Shown here one piece after another: positions 36,197 to 45,685 of a stretch of 64,000 bases of DNA. Below the pieces are notes generated by a model. That model made no database searches, was not told the DNA's origin, and saw nothing but the letters and a program-made list of their open reading frames with translations. The stretch's first letter is position 1. Every line of letters begins with the position of its first letter. Origin of the DNA: Alphaproteobacteria bacterium. Its GTDB lineage: Bacteria; Pseudomonadota; Alphaproteobacteria; Sphingomonadales; JAKSBY01. The stretch lies in contig JAJFIV010000027.1 in assembly GCA_021774625.1 (NCBI GenBank), positions 210,566-274,565 of the forward strand, read 5' to 3'. A program made the translations under genes and the position numbers.

Positions 36197-37603
36197 ATGC
36201 CGCAGACAGATATTGTTGCCGGACACGCGCAGGTTAGCGAAAAGGAGCCGCAGCAGCCTGCCTCCATCGCCTGGCAGGTTGAAATGGATGACCGGATTCG
36301 TTCCTATGCCAAGGAAGGAAAACTGGCAATTGAGCTGAAAAAAGTCTGGCCACAGGTAAAAGACAGGCTGCCCGCCATCCAGGACGAGTTTTTTGAAAAT
36401 CTGTTTCTTTGTCCGGAAGCGCACAGTGCGCTTGATATCAACCGGATCGGAACTTATAAAGAACGTCAGAATGAGTATTGGGTCTTCCTGTTCAATAGTC
36501 CCATCGATCATAATTTTGGCGTCAGGCTGGCGGAAACAGGAGAATATTTTTTCCATACCGGCCTTGATCCCAAATGGTATCTTGCCGCTTATTCAGCAGC
36601 ATTTCACGGTTTTCACATGGCGGCGATTGATGCCTTTTGCGATCAGCCCGATGAAATGAAAAAGGCCGTTGCCGCCATCAATGCCCTGGCTTTCCTGAAG
36701 GCCGATGTCATGGTTTCGGTGCATTATGAACTGGCAAAAATGGCCAATGATAAACGTCTCAACGAACATGGCGAACGCTTCGAACGGGATGTGGTGGCGG
36801 CTCTGGAAAGTGTGGCTGTTGCGGCTTCCGGCATGCGGCGGGATGCCGAAACATTACAGTCCACCAGTAAGGGAATGCTGGCACAGAGCGCGGCGGTCGC
36901 CAGCGCCGCCGAACAGAGCGCCGGCAGTGTGCGGACAGCTGCCGCGGCGGCGGAAGAACTGACGGCGTCCATAGACGAAATTACCCGCCATATTTCGGAA
37001 TCAGCGGATGTCGCCAATAATGCCGTCGATGAAGCGAGGGAAACGGAAGAGGCCATTCAGAGCCTTGCGGCAATTTCCGAACGCATCGACAGTGTGGTGA
37101 AATTGATCAACGATATTGCGGCGCAGACCAATCTTCTGGCCTTAAACGCGACCATTGAGGCGGCCCGCGCCGGTGAGGCCGGCCGCGGTTTTGCCGTGGT
37201 TGCTTCCGAAGTCAAATCCCTGGCCGGCCAGACGGCGCAGGCGACGGAAGATATCAGCCGCGAGGTCGCCGCTATTCAGGACGCCACCCGGCGCTCCGTT
37301 GCCGCCAATGAACGGATCGGTCACACCATTGGCCGTATGAAAGATATTGCGGTTACCATTAAAGAAACCATGAATGAGCAATCGTCTGCTGTCGGTGAAA
37401 TCAGCCACAGCGTTCAGGAGGCCGCCAAAGGCGCGGAGGAGGTTTCCAGCAATATCGCGCAGGTATCATCCGCTGCCGACCGCGTCGGCGGCGATATGGG
37501 GACGGTCTTTGATTCCGCCTCGCTGGTGGAGGGCAAGACGGAAGAGCTTTCCCAAAAAGTCGGGGATTTTCTGACAACCATTCGCGGCACGCAGAACGGA
37601 TGA
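36197..37603 (+). CDS. globin-coupled (HemAT-like) methyl-accepting chemotaxis protein, soluble
   Basis: ORF 36137..37603. The likely start is ATG 36197. It has a protoglobin-type sensor N-half ([15 protein letters not shown] with the candidate proximal His) and the MCP signalling core [39 protein letters not shown]. No TM segment is present. Confidence 0.8.
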   Translation: MPQTDIVAGHAQVSEKEPQQPASIAWQVEMDDRIRSYAKEGKLAIELKKVWPQVKDRLPAIQDEFFENLFLCPEAHSALDINRIGTYKERQNEYWVFLFNSPIDHNFGVRLAETGEYFFHTGLDPKWYLAAYSAAFHGFHMAAIDAFCDQPDEMKKAVAAINALAFLKADVMVSVHYELAKMANDKRLNEHGERFERDVVAALESVAVAASGMRRDAETLQSTSKGMLAQSAAVASAAEQSAGSVRTAAAAAEELTASIDEITRHISESADVANNAVDEARETEEAIQSLAAISERIDSVVKLINDIAAQTNLLALNATIEAARAGEAGRGFAVVASEVKSLAGQTAQATEDISREVAAIQDATRRSVAANERIGHTIGRMKDIAVTIKETMNEQSSAVGEISHSVQEAAKGAEEVSSNIAQVSSAADRVGGDMGTVFDSASLVEGKTEELSQKVGDFLTTIRGTQNG

Positions 37604-37663
37604 TAGCGGCGCGTCCTGACCCCGGAAGATGATTACACACCCGGGCACGAGAGGACTGCGGCG

Positions 37664-37931
37664 TTAGAGTCTTTTCTGATTAGGTTGACCCATTTGACCG
37701 GGATGATTTTGCTCTGTGGCAAGGCGCCTTTCACCGGTCGATGCGGCGCATCGGCCAAGGAAGGCAACGCGGGCCACAGAACAAAAGCACCCGGCCTCCG
37801 GTGACTTGAGGTGGCTGACCGGCTGCGTTGCGGCCTTTGCCCGATGCGCCGCATCGCGCTGCAGGCCGCGCCTGTCCGGACAGCCACCTCCAGTCATCAA
37901 ATTGCGGCAGCCTAATCAGAAAAGACTCTAA
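37664..37931. mobile_element. 268-bp non-coding element with perfect 21-bp terminal inverted repeats (MITE-like)
   Basis: TTAGAGTCTTTTCTGATTAGG (37664-37684) is the exact reverse complement of 37911-37931. Internal inverted copies are also present: 37739-37754 vs 37841-37856 (16/16) and 37801-37817 vs 37881-37897 (15/17). The only ORFs inside are mirrored artefacts that both end in QPNQKRL. Confidence 0.55.
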
Positions 37932-37973
37932 TATTTGCCTGCCGCCATAATCTTTTTCCTGTATATTGCGGCG

Positions 37974-38783
37974 ATGTTGATCCGCCTCTGGATGATTTTG
38001 CTGTTCGGATTTGTCCTTTCAGGGCAGGCCGCCCCCTCCTACCCTTTTTTGATCACGGATGTCACGGCGGACGGTGACCTCAAATTTGAGGATGGCCGGG
38101 TTGTAAAACTGGCGGATATTCAGATGCCCCTTTTGCGCCCGGATGGCGGCAGGGAACGATCCTGGCCGCTGGCAAAGGAGGCGCGGGAAGAACTGCGCAA
38201 AGTCGCCGCCGGAAAAAGAGTCGGGCTTTTCCCGGCCGGAGAACGGCAGCAGGACCGGCATGGCCGCCTGCTTGCCCATCTTATGACCGAGCAGGGGCTT
38301 TGGCTGCAGGAGGCGCTGCTGCGGGCCGGGTATGCCCGTTTTCAGCCCACCGGCGGCAATGCGGCATTACAGGACCAGCTAATGGCGGCCGAACAGACGG
38401 CGCGGAATGAAAAGCGGGGGCTTTGGCGTTCGCCTTATTACCGGGTAAAAAATTTGACAACGCTGAATGACAGCCGGGGCCGGTATGAGATTATACAGGC
38501 GAGGATATGGAAGGCTGCCGAGGCCGGAAGCGTCCTCTATCTGAATTTTGGCGAGGACTGGCGGCAGGATTTTACGATCCGGATCGATAAACGGAACCGG
38601 GAAGCGTTTCAAAGCGTTGTGATGAATATGGACGCGCTCGCCGGGCGTCTGGTCGAGATTCGCGGCTGGGTTCGCTATTATAACGGGCTGATGATTGATA
38701 TGTATCATCCGGGCCAGATCAGATATATCGAAGAGAATGACGCTGAGGCAATCAGGAGAGAAACGGATGGCAATAAGGACTAA
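37974..38783 (+). CDS. thermonuclease (SNase-like) family protein, exported or membrane-anchored
   Basis: ORF 37935..38783 (TTG). ATG 37974 gives MLIRLWMILLFGFVLSGQAAP. SNase-like motifs: VKLADIQMP, DRHGRLLAHL, ARNEKRGLW. Confidence 0.75.
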   Translation: MLIRLWMILLFGFVLSGQAAPSYPFLITDVTADGDLKFEDGRVVKLADIQMPLLRPDGGRERSWPLAKEAREELRKVAAGKRVGLFPAGERQQDRHGRLLAHLMTEQGLWLQEALLRAGYARFQPTGGNAALQDQLMAAEQTARNEKRGLWRSPYYRVKNLTTLNDSRGRYEIIQARIWKAAEAGSVLYLNFGEDWRQDFTIRIDKRNREAFQSVVMNMDALAGRLVEIRGWVRYYNGLMIDMYHPGQIRYIEENDAEAIRRETDGNKD

Positions 38784-40275
38784 AGGACATTTCAGAACAT
38801 TTATAATGGGGGCAACCCTGATGGCCCTGGCGCTCGGCGGCTGCTCCGTCAACCCGGCGACGGGAAAAAGGGAATTCTCGCCCTTCATGACACCCTCTCA
38901 GGAACTGGTGATCGGTCAGCAGGAACATCCCAAGATTACCAGCCAGTTCGGTGGCACCTATGACGATCCGGAACTGGCTGGCTATATCGCCTCTGTCGGC
39001 GCTTCGCTGGCGGCTAATTCTGAACTGCCGGAACTTGATTTTACTTTCACTCTTCTCAACCACAAAATTGTCAATGCCTTCGCCCTGCCCGGCGGCTATG
39101 TCTATATGTCGCGGGGTATTCTGGCTCTGTTCAACGATGAGGCGGAAATGGCATCGGTGCTGGGCCATGAAATTGGCCATGTGACGGCCCGCCATTCAGC
39201 CAATCGTTATAACCGGTCGGTTTTTGCCGGCCTTGGCAGCGTGCTGGTCGGGGTCGCCACCGGCAGCGGCGAACTGGCCCAGCTTGCCAGCCAGGGCAGC
39301 CAACTTTATCTGCTATCCTATTCCCGCGGACAGGAACTGCAATCTGACCAGTTGGGCATCCGTTATATGAACAGAACCGGTTATGATCCTTATGGGGCGC
39401 CCCGCATGCTCGGCTCCCTGGGCGCGCATTCGGGGCTGGAAGCAGCCATTTCCGGGCGTGATTCTGACGCGGTCCCCGGCTGGGCCCGCACTCATCCCCT
39501 CTCGGAAGACCGGGTGACCGAGGCGCTGGAGCGCCTTCGGGAGCTGGATATTCCGCCGGATAACAACTTGCCCCGCAACCGGGACCGCTATCTCGACGCC
39601 ATCGACGGCATGATTTATGGCGATGACCCTTCCCAGGGGATCGTTGATGACCGCACATTCTCCCATCCTGTCTTCAAGCTCCGGTTCGAGGTGCCGGAAG
39701 GGTTCAATCTGCAGAATACGGAACAGGCGGTGTTTATCGCGGGGCCGAACGATGCGCGCGGCATCTTTGCCGGCGGGACAGTCGAGCCGGGCGCTGACAC
39801 TCGCAGCCTTTTGCAGCAAGTCTGGGCCGAATTGCTGGGTGAGAACCAGCAAGGCCCGGCACTTCAGAATATACAGAGTCTGAATGTTGATGACATGGAA
39901 GCCTATACGGGCACCGCCCGGCTCACCGGTCAGAATAGCGCAGCTTTTGATGTGCGGGTAGTGGCCATTCGCTATGCCGCCGACCGGCTCTATCATTTCA
40001 CCTTTCTGACGCCGGCCAATGTGACGTCTCAGGCGAGCGGCACGTTTCAGGATATCATTTCCAGTTTCCGCAAATTATCCGACCAGGAAGCGGCAGAGAT
40101 TAAACCGAAACGTCTCCGGGTCGTGACCGTGCGTCCCGGCGACACCATTTCAAACTTCGCGCTCCGGATGGATTTTTCGGATTATCAGCAGGAGCGGTTT
40201 CTGGTTTTGAACGGCTTATCGGAAAATTCCACTTTGCGGGCCGGCGACCGAGTCAAAATCATCGCCAGCGAATAA
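38767..40275 (+). CDS. M48 family metalloprotease lipoprotein with C-terminal LysM domain
   Basis: ORF 38695..40275. The likely start is ATG 38767 (MAIRTKGHFRTFIMGATLMALALGGC lipobox). It carries the zinc motif HEIGHVTARH and a LysM-like C-terminus (VTVRPGDTISNFALRM...LRAGDRVKII). Confidence 0.85.
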   Translation: MAIRTKGHFRTFIMGATLMALALGGCSVNPATGKREFSPFMTPSQELVIGQQEHPKITSQFGGTYDDPELAGYIASVGASLAANSELPELDFTFTLLNHKIVNAFALPGGYVYMSRGILALFNDEAEMASVLGHEIGHVTARHSANRYNRSVFAGLGSVLVGVATGSGELAQLASQGSQLYLLSYSRGQELQSDQLGIRYMNRTGYDPYGAPRMLGSLGAHSGLEAAISGRDSDAVPGWARTHPLSEDRVTEALERLRELDIPPDNNLPRNRDRYLDAIDGMIYGDDPSQGIVDDRTFSHPVFKLRFEVPEGFNLQNTEQAVFIAGPNDARGIFAGGTVEPGADTRSLLQQVWAELLGENQQGPALQNIQSLNVDDMEAYTGTARLTGQNSAAFDVRVVAIRYAADRLYHFTFLTPANVTSQASGTFQDIISSFRKLSDQEAAEIKPKRLRVVTVRPGDTISNFALRMDFSDYQQERFLVLNGLSENSTLRAGDRVKIIASE

Positions 40276-40292
40276 CATGAAACCATAAAGCG

Positions 40293-40328
40293 GAAGGCCC
40301 GCCGGAATATTCCGGCGGGCCTTTTTAT
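40293..40328. terminator. bidirectional rho-independent terminator between convergent genes
   Basis: GAAGGCCCGCCGGAATATTCCGGCGGGCCTTT palindrome followed by TTTTAT. Confidence 0.7.
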
Positions 40329-40346
40329 AGTGTTCCTTGTCCTGCC

Positions 40347-40850
40347 TCAGGCGGCGACCAGAACCTTTTCCAGGCGGTCCATGGCCGATTGTTCATCGAT
40401 CATTTCCGCCGCGGCAATCTCGCGGGCGAGACGGCCGAGTGCCGATTCATAAATCTGCCGTTCACTGTAGGACTGTTCCGGCTGATCCTCACCGCGATGC
40501 AGATCCCGGACAACTTCGGCAATGGAAACCATGTCACCGGAATTGATTTTTGCCTCATATTCCTGGGCGCGGCGGCTCCACATGGTGCGTTTGATCCGCG
40601 CCTTGCCTTTCAGCGTGGTATAGGCGGCATCCATGGTTGACTGGTTCGACAATTTGCGCATGCCAGTATTGACCGCCTTGTTCAAAGGCACCCGCAAGGT
40701 CATTTTTTCTTTTTCGAACCGGATCACATAAAGCTCCAGTTCCATATCAGTAATCACCTGACGTTCGATCTCGACAACACGGCCAACCCCATGTTTGGGA
40801 TAAACCACATAGTCGCCAATCGTGAATGGAAGATTATTTTTTTTTACCAT
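40347..40850 (-). CDS. cdnL: CarD/CdnL family transcriptional regulator
   Basis: 167 aa with the Tudor-like RNAP-interacting N-terminus FTIGDYVVYPKHGVGRVVEIE. Confidence 0.9.
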   Translation of the reverse strand: MVKKNNLPFTIGDYVVYPKHGVGRVVEIERQVITDMELELYVIRFEKEKMTLRVPLNKAVNTGMRKLSNQSTMDAAYTTLKGKARIKRTMWSRRAQEYEAKINSGDMVSIAEVVRDLHRGEDQPEQSYSERQIYESALGRLAREIAAAEMIDEQSAMDRLEKVLVAA

Positions 40851-41207
40851 ATTCCGACTTTCAAACCCTTTTTTTGTTTCAGATCATCCCACATTTTAAC
40901 CCTAAAAGATTTTGCCCAGGCAAAATCTTCCAAACGTCAATAATCATGTGATTTAAGGCAATTGCTATTGCGGAGGGCCGCTCCCTCTTTGACTGACCTG
41001 TAAAACAGTTATTTCTGCATTAAGCGCGAAACACCTATATGTAACATAATTTTCATAAAAAAGGTACCCCTTTTACACTGCACTGCAATAAAGGCGGGTA
41101 AAAAGAAAGCTTTTGTAATTTAAATTATTGAACAGGCCATGGTGGCGAAATAAAACGCCAATTTCTTTTATTATTAAAATGATTTATTTCGTGGACCGCA
41201 AACCGCA

Positions 41208-41546
41208 TCAGTCGCCCTGGCCCGGCGCCTCACTGAAAAACTTGTCAAGCTTGCCCTCGACGCCCTGAAATTCATCGGCGTCCGCCGGGCTTTCCCGCTT
41301 GATGGTGATATTGGGCCAGGTTTCCGCATATTTTGAATTCAGTTCGATCCATTTTTCGAGCCCGTCCTCGGTATCGGGCAAAATGGCCTCGGCCGGGCAT
41401 TCCGGTTCACAAACGCCGCAATCAATGCATTCATTGGGGCTGATGACCAGCATGTTTTCGCCTTCATAAAAACAGTCGACGGGGCAGACTTCAACACAGT
41501 CCATATATTTGCATTTGATGCAGGCTTCGGTCACCACATAGGTCAT
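41208..41546 (-). CDS. fdxA: 7Fe ferredoxin FdxA
   Basis: ORF 41208..41612. The likely start is M23, giving [29 protein letters not shown]...[12 protein letters not shown]. Confidence 0.9.
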   Translation of the reverse strand: MTYVVTEACIKCKYMDCVEVCPVDCFYEGENMLVISPNECIDCGVCEPECPAEAILPDTEDGLEKWIELNSKYAETWPNITIKRESPADADEFQGVEGKLDKFFSEAPGQGD

Positions 41547-41661
41547 CAGTTTTTCCTTCGAAACGCACGGGTTGCCGTATGGCTCGGCAGTATTTTCGGA
41601 AGTTATGCACAAAAGTACTGACGATCACAAGTCAATTCCTTGCGGCTCCCGGGCCGTAGAC

Positions 41662-42138
41662 TCAATGCTTGGCATCTACGATACCCAGCCGGTCGAGGAC
41701 CCGTTTGCGGGCTTCGCCGCGGTCTTTGTCCGACACATAGATCAGCCCGGCTATGCGGCGCAGCAGATTGGCTTCATAGGCATGCAGAACGCCGTCGGCA
41801 TAGGCCACTTCCCACAGCATCTCGATCAGTTCTATGCGTTCTTCCGGAGAAGAATGCTCCTTGATGGTGCGGGTGAAATACAACAACTGAGATGATTCTT
41901 CATGGTGCGCTTTTGCCGCTGCTATCAGATCGTCCGCTTCCTCTCCATCAAGCGAGAAGGACCGGATAACAATATCTTTGATCGCAGCGCGCTCGGCCTC
42001 TTCCAGATTGCCGTCGAGATGAGCGGCTTCGACCATCAGGGCCGCTGCGGCGATTTCCTTTTCCGAAAAACCGGCCTTGCTTTGACCCGCTTCGGCGCCG
42101 GAAGACTTTTCAAAAAGCGATTTGATTCGGTTCAGCAT
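41662..42138 (-). CDS. TerB-family (tellurite-resistance-like) protein
   Basis: 158 aa, helical, with paired acidic motifs (AAHLDGNLEEAERAAI and VAYADGVLHAYEANLL) typical of TerB-like domains. Confidence 0.65.
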   Translation of the reverse strand: MLNRIKSLFEKSSGAEAGQSKAGFSEKEIAAAALMVEAAHLDGNLEEAERAAIKDIVIRSFSLDGEEADDLIAAAKAHHEESSQLLYFTRTIKEHSSPEERIELIEMLWEVAYADGVLHAYEANLLRRIAGLIYVSDKDRGEARKRVLDRLGIVDAKH

Positions 42139-42182
42139 AAAATACTCACTGTCGGTTTATTGTTGCGCGGAATGTTAGCGGA

Positions 42183-42554
42183 TCAATCGGGCGGACGCAA
42201 TTTATCGATGGCCCGCCGCTCGGCTTTCGTCGGCCGGCCGCTGCCGGCTGTCCTTTTGGCATGCGATATTTTGATTTCGGATTTTTCTGGCGGAGCGGAC
42301 GGGGTCAGATCGTCATAGAGCAGAACCGCGTCCCGCGCCGGTCCCCGCCGGTCGCTGAGCGCAAGAACCCTGATCACACGAATTTTGTCCCCTTGCGGAA
42401 AGGTCAGGACCGCCCCTTCAGTGACACCGGCGCTTGCCTTGGTCTGCGGGATGCCGTCAAGCCGCACTTTCCGCGTCCGGCAGACTTTACTGGCGAGCGA
42501 ACGGCTTTTGAAAAAACGGGCACACCACAGCCAGTGATCCAGTCTCTGTTTCAT
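42183..42554 (-). CDS. RNA-binding S4 domain protein (Hsp15/HslR-like)
   Basis: 123 aa. RLDHWLWCARFFKSRSLASKVCRTRKVRLDG is the S4 alpha-L motif. It starts 4 nt after the helicase stop. Confidence 0.8.
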   Translation of the reverse strand: MKQRLDHWLWCARFFKSRSLASKVCRTRKVRLDGIPQTKASAGVTEGAVLTFPQGDKIRVIRVLALSDRRGPARDAVLLYDDLTPSAPPEKSEIKISHAKRTAGSGRPTKAERRAIDKLRPPD

Positions 42555-42557
42555 CGC

Positions 42558-45227
42558 CTATTTTTTGTTGGCAAGGGCCGTTTTCAGGCCCTGCAGCGCC
42601 GCAAACGGAGAATCGGGGTCGGTTTTCTTTTCCGGTTTTTTCTGCGGTTTTTTTCGGGGTTTCTTAGCCGGAGAAGTTTTTCCTTTTGGCGCCGAAGGAC
42701 GCATGTTTTTCTTTTTAGGCTGCCAGGTAAAGAACAACCGCTCCCCCAAAGGTGTTTCCTGTTCTTTCGCGGTAGCGGCGGGCACGGCAGCCTGCTGCTT
42801 TTCACCGTGATACCCAAGAGTGCGCATCACCGCCATAAAGCCATCCCCGCTGAGGCCGACAAGGCCCATAATTTCCGGCGTGATCTCGAAGCGCTTATTT
42901 TCCCGGCCCAGCGGCCGCACCGCATCGGCCAGGCGTTCCAGCATATCCACGCGGATGGCCTTTTTTGCCGTGCGGCGGAAACCGGCAATTTCGTAAAAAG
43001 CCGGAGGCGTGTTCTCCTCCATTTCCACCCATACCATGCCCGGCGGCGGCAAGGCCGGCAAGACGTCAGGCTCTGTCATCAACGCCCACAGCATCAGCCG
43101 CAATTCCGTGGCATGCGGCTTCAAAAGCACCGGCATAAAAAGGCTGTAAGCCCCAATGCGGATGCCGAAGCGGTGCAGATTTTTCCGTTCTTCAAGCGCG
43201 ATGGCTTTGATCTCGTCAACAATCTGCGCCCGGTCCAAAATACCAAACTGCTCGACAAGTCTGAAGGCAATACCGCGGGTTTTCGCCGTAAGGCGAGGGG
43301 CCTCCTCGTCCGGTTTGGCCGTCGCGTCAAGGGCGGTCTTCAGTTTGATCAGCGCGCCGAGCTTGTCGGCCAGCCTGGCTTCAAACCACCGGCTTATGCG
43401 TTCGGTGGCCTGATCGGCGGCGGCCGGGTTTAAAAGGCTGCCCTGATCAAGACGAATTTGCGGGCTGTAGGCCGTTCCCTTGTCCAGAGTGGCGATAGGT
43501 TTTCCTTTCCACAGGACCCTGGGTTTTCCGATGCCAGCTGAAAAATCCAGCGCGATGTCTTTATCATCACAGGCCTTGAAGGCCCGGACCCGCTTGCTCA
43601 TCTCGCCCTTTAATGATTTTTCGGCGGCGGCGATCAGTATTTTTTCCTCATCCCCTCGGGCATCCGCATCGGGAAAGAAGGAAAAGCCTTCGATATGGCC
43701 AATCCGGTGACCTTCCACAATCACGTCATTATCTTTTGTCACCAACACCAGCAGATCATCCTTATGGCGAATCTCCCGCAGCAGAACCGATGTTCTCCTA
43801 TCTACAAAGCGCTGGGTCAAGCGTTCATGCAGGGCATCCGACAGCCCGTTCTCTATCTCCCGGGTGACGCCGGCCCAGTGCGCCGGGTCTTTCAGCCAGC
43901 GAACGCGGTGTGAAACATAGGTCCAGATGCGGATGCCGGCAATGCGCCCGGCCAGCGTATCAATATCGCCCTGCATGTTGTTGAGCCGGGTAACTTCCCT
44001 GGCCATCCAGTCATGGGGAATGACGCCGTCCGGCGTCATCAGAAAACCGAATATTTTTGCCACAAGCCGGGTGTGCTCCTCTGGCGATACATTGCGAAAA
44101 TCGGGAATCTGGCAACTGTCCCACAGAGTCTGAACGGCTTCGCGGCTGCCGCATGTCCTGGCGATATCCTTGTTCCTGGCGAGCCCTTTTAGGATAACAA
44201 GGTCCAGCGCATCCGGCGCCCGTTGCAGGTTCGCCTGTTTGGGCCTGGCCTCCAGATCCCGGATCAGCCGGGGGAGCGAGGCATAATCGAGCCGGACATT
44301 GCGCCAGTAGAGTTTTTTCAGCGGGCGGAAACTGTGTTCTTCGACCTGCGCCACCATCAGCGGATCAAGTTCACCCCCCATGCCAGCGGTGGTGGAAAAA
44401 GTGCCGTTCTGCAGATAGCGGCCGGCGCGGCCGGCGATCTGGCCGATCTCCGCCGCTGTCAGGTCACGCTGTCGCTTGCCGTCAAATTTGCTGGTTGCGG
44501 CCAGCGCCACATGGCCGACATCCATATTAAGGCCCATGCCGATGGCGTCGGTCGCCACCAGATAATCCACATCGCCGGACTGATAAAGCGCCGCCTGTGC
44601 GTTGCGGGTGCGTGGTGACAGGGCGCCCATGACAATGGCCGCGCCGCCCCTCTGGCGGCGGATCAGTTCCGCGATCCCGTACACATCATCGACGGAAAAA
44701 GCGACTACGGCTGAGCGGCGGGGCAGACGGCTGAGTTTTTTGGGCTTTACATAGGCCAGATCTGAAAAACGCGGCCGGGTGATGAAATTGGCCCCGGGGA
44801 AAAGTTTGGTGAGCAGGGGGCGTATGGTTTCCGCCCCCAGGAACAGGGTTTCCTGCTGACCCCGGGCATGCAGAATCCGGTCGGTAAAAATATGGCCGCG
44901 CTGGTCATCCGCCGCCATCTGCACTTCATCCACGGCGAGGAAGGCAACCGGTTTATCGGCCGGCATGGATTCGGTGGTGCAGATATAATAGGCGGGATTC
45001 GCGGGGATGATTTTTTCCTCGCCGGTCAAAAGCGCCACCCGGGTCGGTCCTTTCGCCTTAACCACCCGGTCATAGATTTCCCGGGCAAGCAGGCGGAGCG
45101 GGCAGCCGATCATACCGGAGGCATGACCCAGCATGCGTTCCACGGCGAGGTGGGTTTTTCCGGTGTTGGTGGGGCCGAGAACACAGGTCAGGCCTGAATT
45201 ATTCATAACCTTATTCATCGGCAACAT
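42558..45227 (-). CDS. SUV3-like ATP-dependent helicase with lysine-rich C-terminal tail
   Basis: ORF 42558..45275, with possible starts at 45275, 45227, 45218 and 45206. Motifs: LGPTNTGKTH (motif I), VDEVQMAAD (DExQ, motif II), VATDAIGMGLN, QIAGRAGR (motif VI). The tail reads KKKNMRPSAPKGKTSPAKKPRKKPQKKPEKK. Confidence 0.8.
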   Translation of the reverse strand: MLPMNKVMNNSGLTCVLGPTNTGKTHLAVERMLGHASGMIGCPLRLLAREIYDRVVKAKGPTRVALLTGEEKIIPANPAYYICTTESMPADKPVAFLAVDEVQMAADDQRGHIFTDRILHARGQQETLFLGAETIRPLLTKLFPGANFITRPRFSDLAYVKPKKLSRLPRRSAVVAFSVDDVYGIAELIRRQRGGAAIVMGALSPRTRNAQAALYQSGDVDYLVATDAIGMGLNMDVGHVALAATSKFDGKRQRDLTAAEIGQIAGRAGRYLQNGTFSTTAGMGGELDPLMVAQVEEHSFRPLKKLYWRNVRLDYASLPRLIRDLEARPKQANLQRAPDALDLVILKGLARNKDIARTCGSREAVQTLWDSCQIPDFRNVSPEEHTRLVAKIFGFLMTPDGVIPHDWMAREVTRLNNMQGDIDTLAGRIAGIRIWTYVSHRVRWLKDPAHWAGVTREIENGLSDALHERLTQRFVDRRTSVLLREIRHKDDLLVLVTKDNDVIVEGHRIGHIEGFSFFPDADARGDEEKILIAAAEKSLKGEMSKRVRAFKACDDKDIALDFSAGIGKPRVLWKGKPIATLDKGTAYSPQIRLDQGSLLNPAAADQATERISRWFEARLADKLGALIKLKTALDATAKPDEEAPRLTAKTRGIAFRLVEQFGILDRAQIVDEIKAIALEERKNLHRFGIRIGAYSLFMPVLLKPHATELRLMLWALMTEPDVLPALPPPGMVWVEMEENTPPAFYEIAGFRRTAKKAIRVDMLERLADAVRPLGRENKRFEITPEIMGLVGLSGDGFMAVMRTLGYHGEKQQAAVPAATAKEQETPLGERLFFTWQPKKKNMRPSAPKGKTSPAKKPRKKPQKKPEKKTDPDSPFAALQGLKTALANKK

Positions 45228-45290
45228 GTGGCGGAGAATGCCGCCGAACTCAAGCCTTTCGAGTAAAATCCGCAAAGATCAAGGCGGGTC

Positions 45291-45319
45291 TTGACGGCAG
45301 CTCCCACTTCGCCTATATC
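45291..45319 (+). promoter_or_regulatory. sigma-70-type promoter candidate for rpmB (TTGACG-17-TATATC)
   Basis: Read directly, 63 nt upstream of the rpmB ATG. Confidence 0.4.
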
Positions 45320-45381
45320 CCGGCCCTGTTTGACCGTGCGGGCAAAAGCGCGGTCTTTGCGATATTTAAAGGAATGGAACC

Positions 45382-45675
45382 ATGTCCCGGGTTTGTGAAT
45401 TGACCGGCAAAAAGCCGATGGTTGGTAACAATGTAAGCCATGCGCACAACAGAACGAAGCGCCGGTTTTTACCCAACCTTGTGAAAGCCACGCTGCTGAG
45501 CGACGCTTTGGGGCATTCCGTTTCGGTGCGCATTTCCACCAGCGCTCTGAGGTCGGTGGAACATAATGGCGGCCTTGATAATTTTCTGGTGAAATCGCGA
45601 AAGGAAAATCTGTCAATCCGGCTGCAGAAACTGAAGCGGGAAATTACGGCAAAACGCAAAGACGCCGCCGCCTAA
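45382..45675 (+). CDS. rpmB: 50S ribosomal protein L28
   Basis: 97 aa. [33 protein letters not shown]. Confidence 0.95.
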   Translation: MSRVCELTGKKPMVGNNVSHAHNRTKRRFLPNLVKATLLSDALGHSVSVRISTSALRSVEHNGGLDNFLVKSRKENLSIRLQKLKREITAKRKDAAA

Positions 45676-45685
45676 ACCCAAATCC

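Noticed and set aside
37633-37931. ORFs 37633..37887(-), 37664..37900(-) and 37716..37931(+) inside the inverted-repeat element.
   Set aside because: Both strands yield similar Arg/Ala/Pro-rich peptides ending in the same QPNQKRL because the DNA is palindromic. They are artefacts of the repeat structure.
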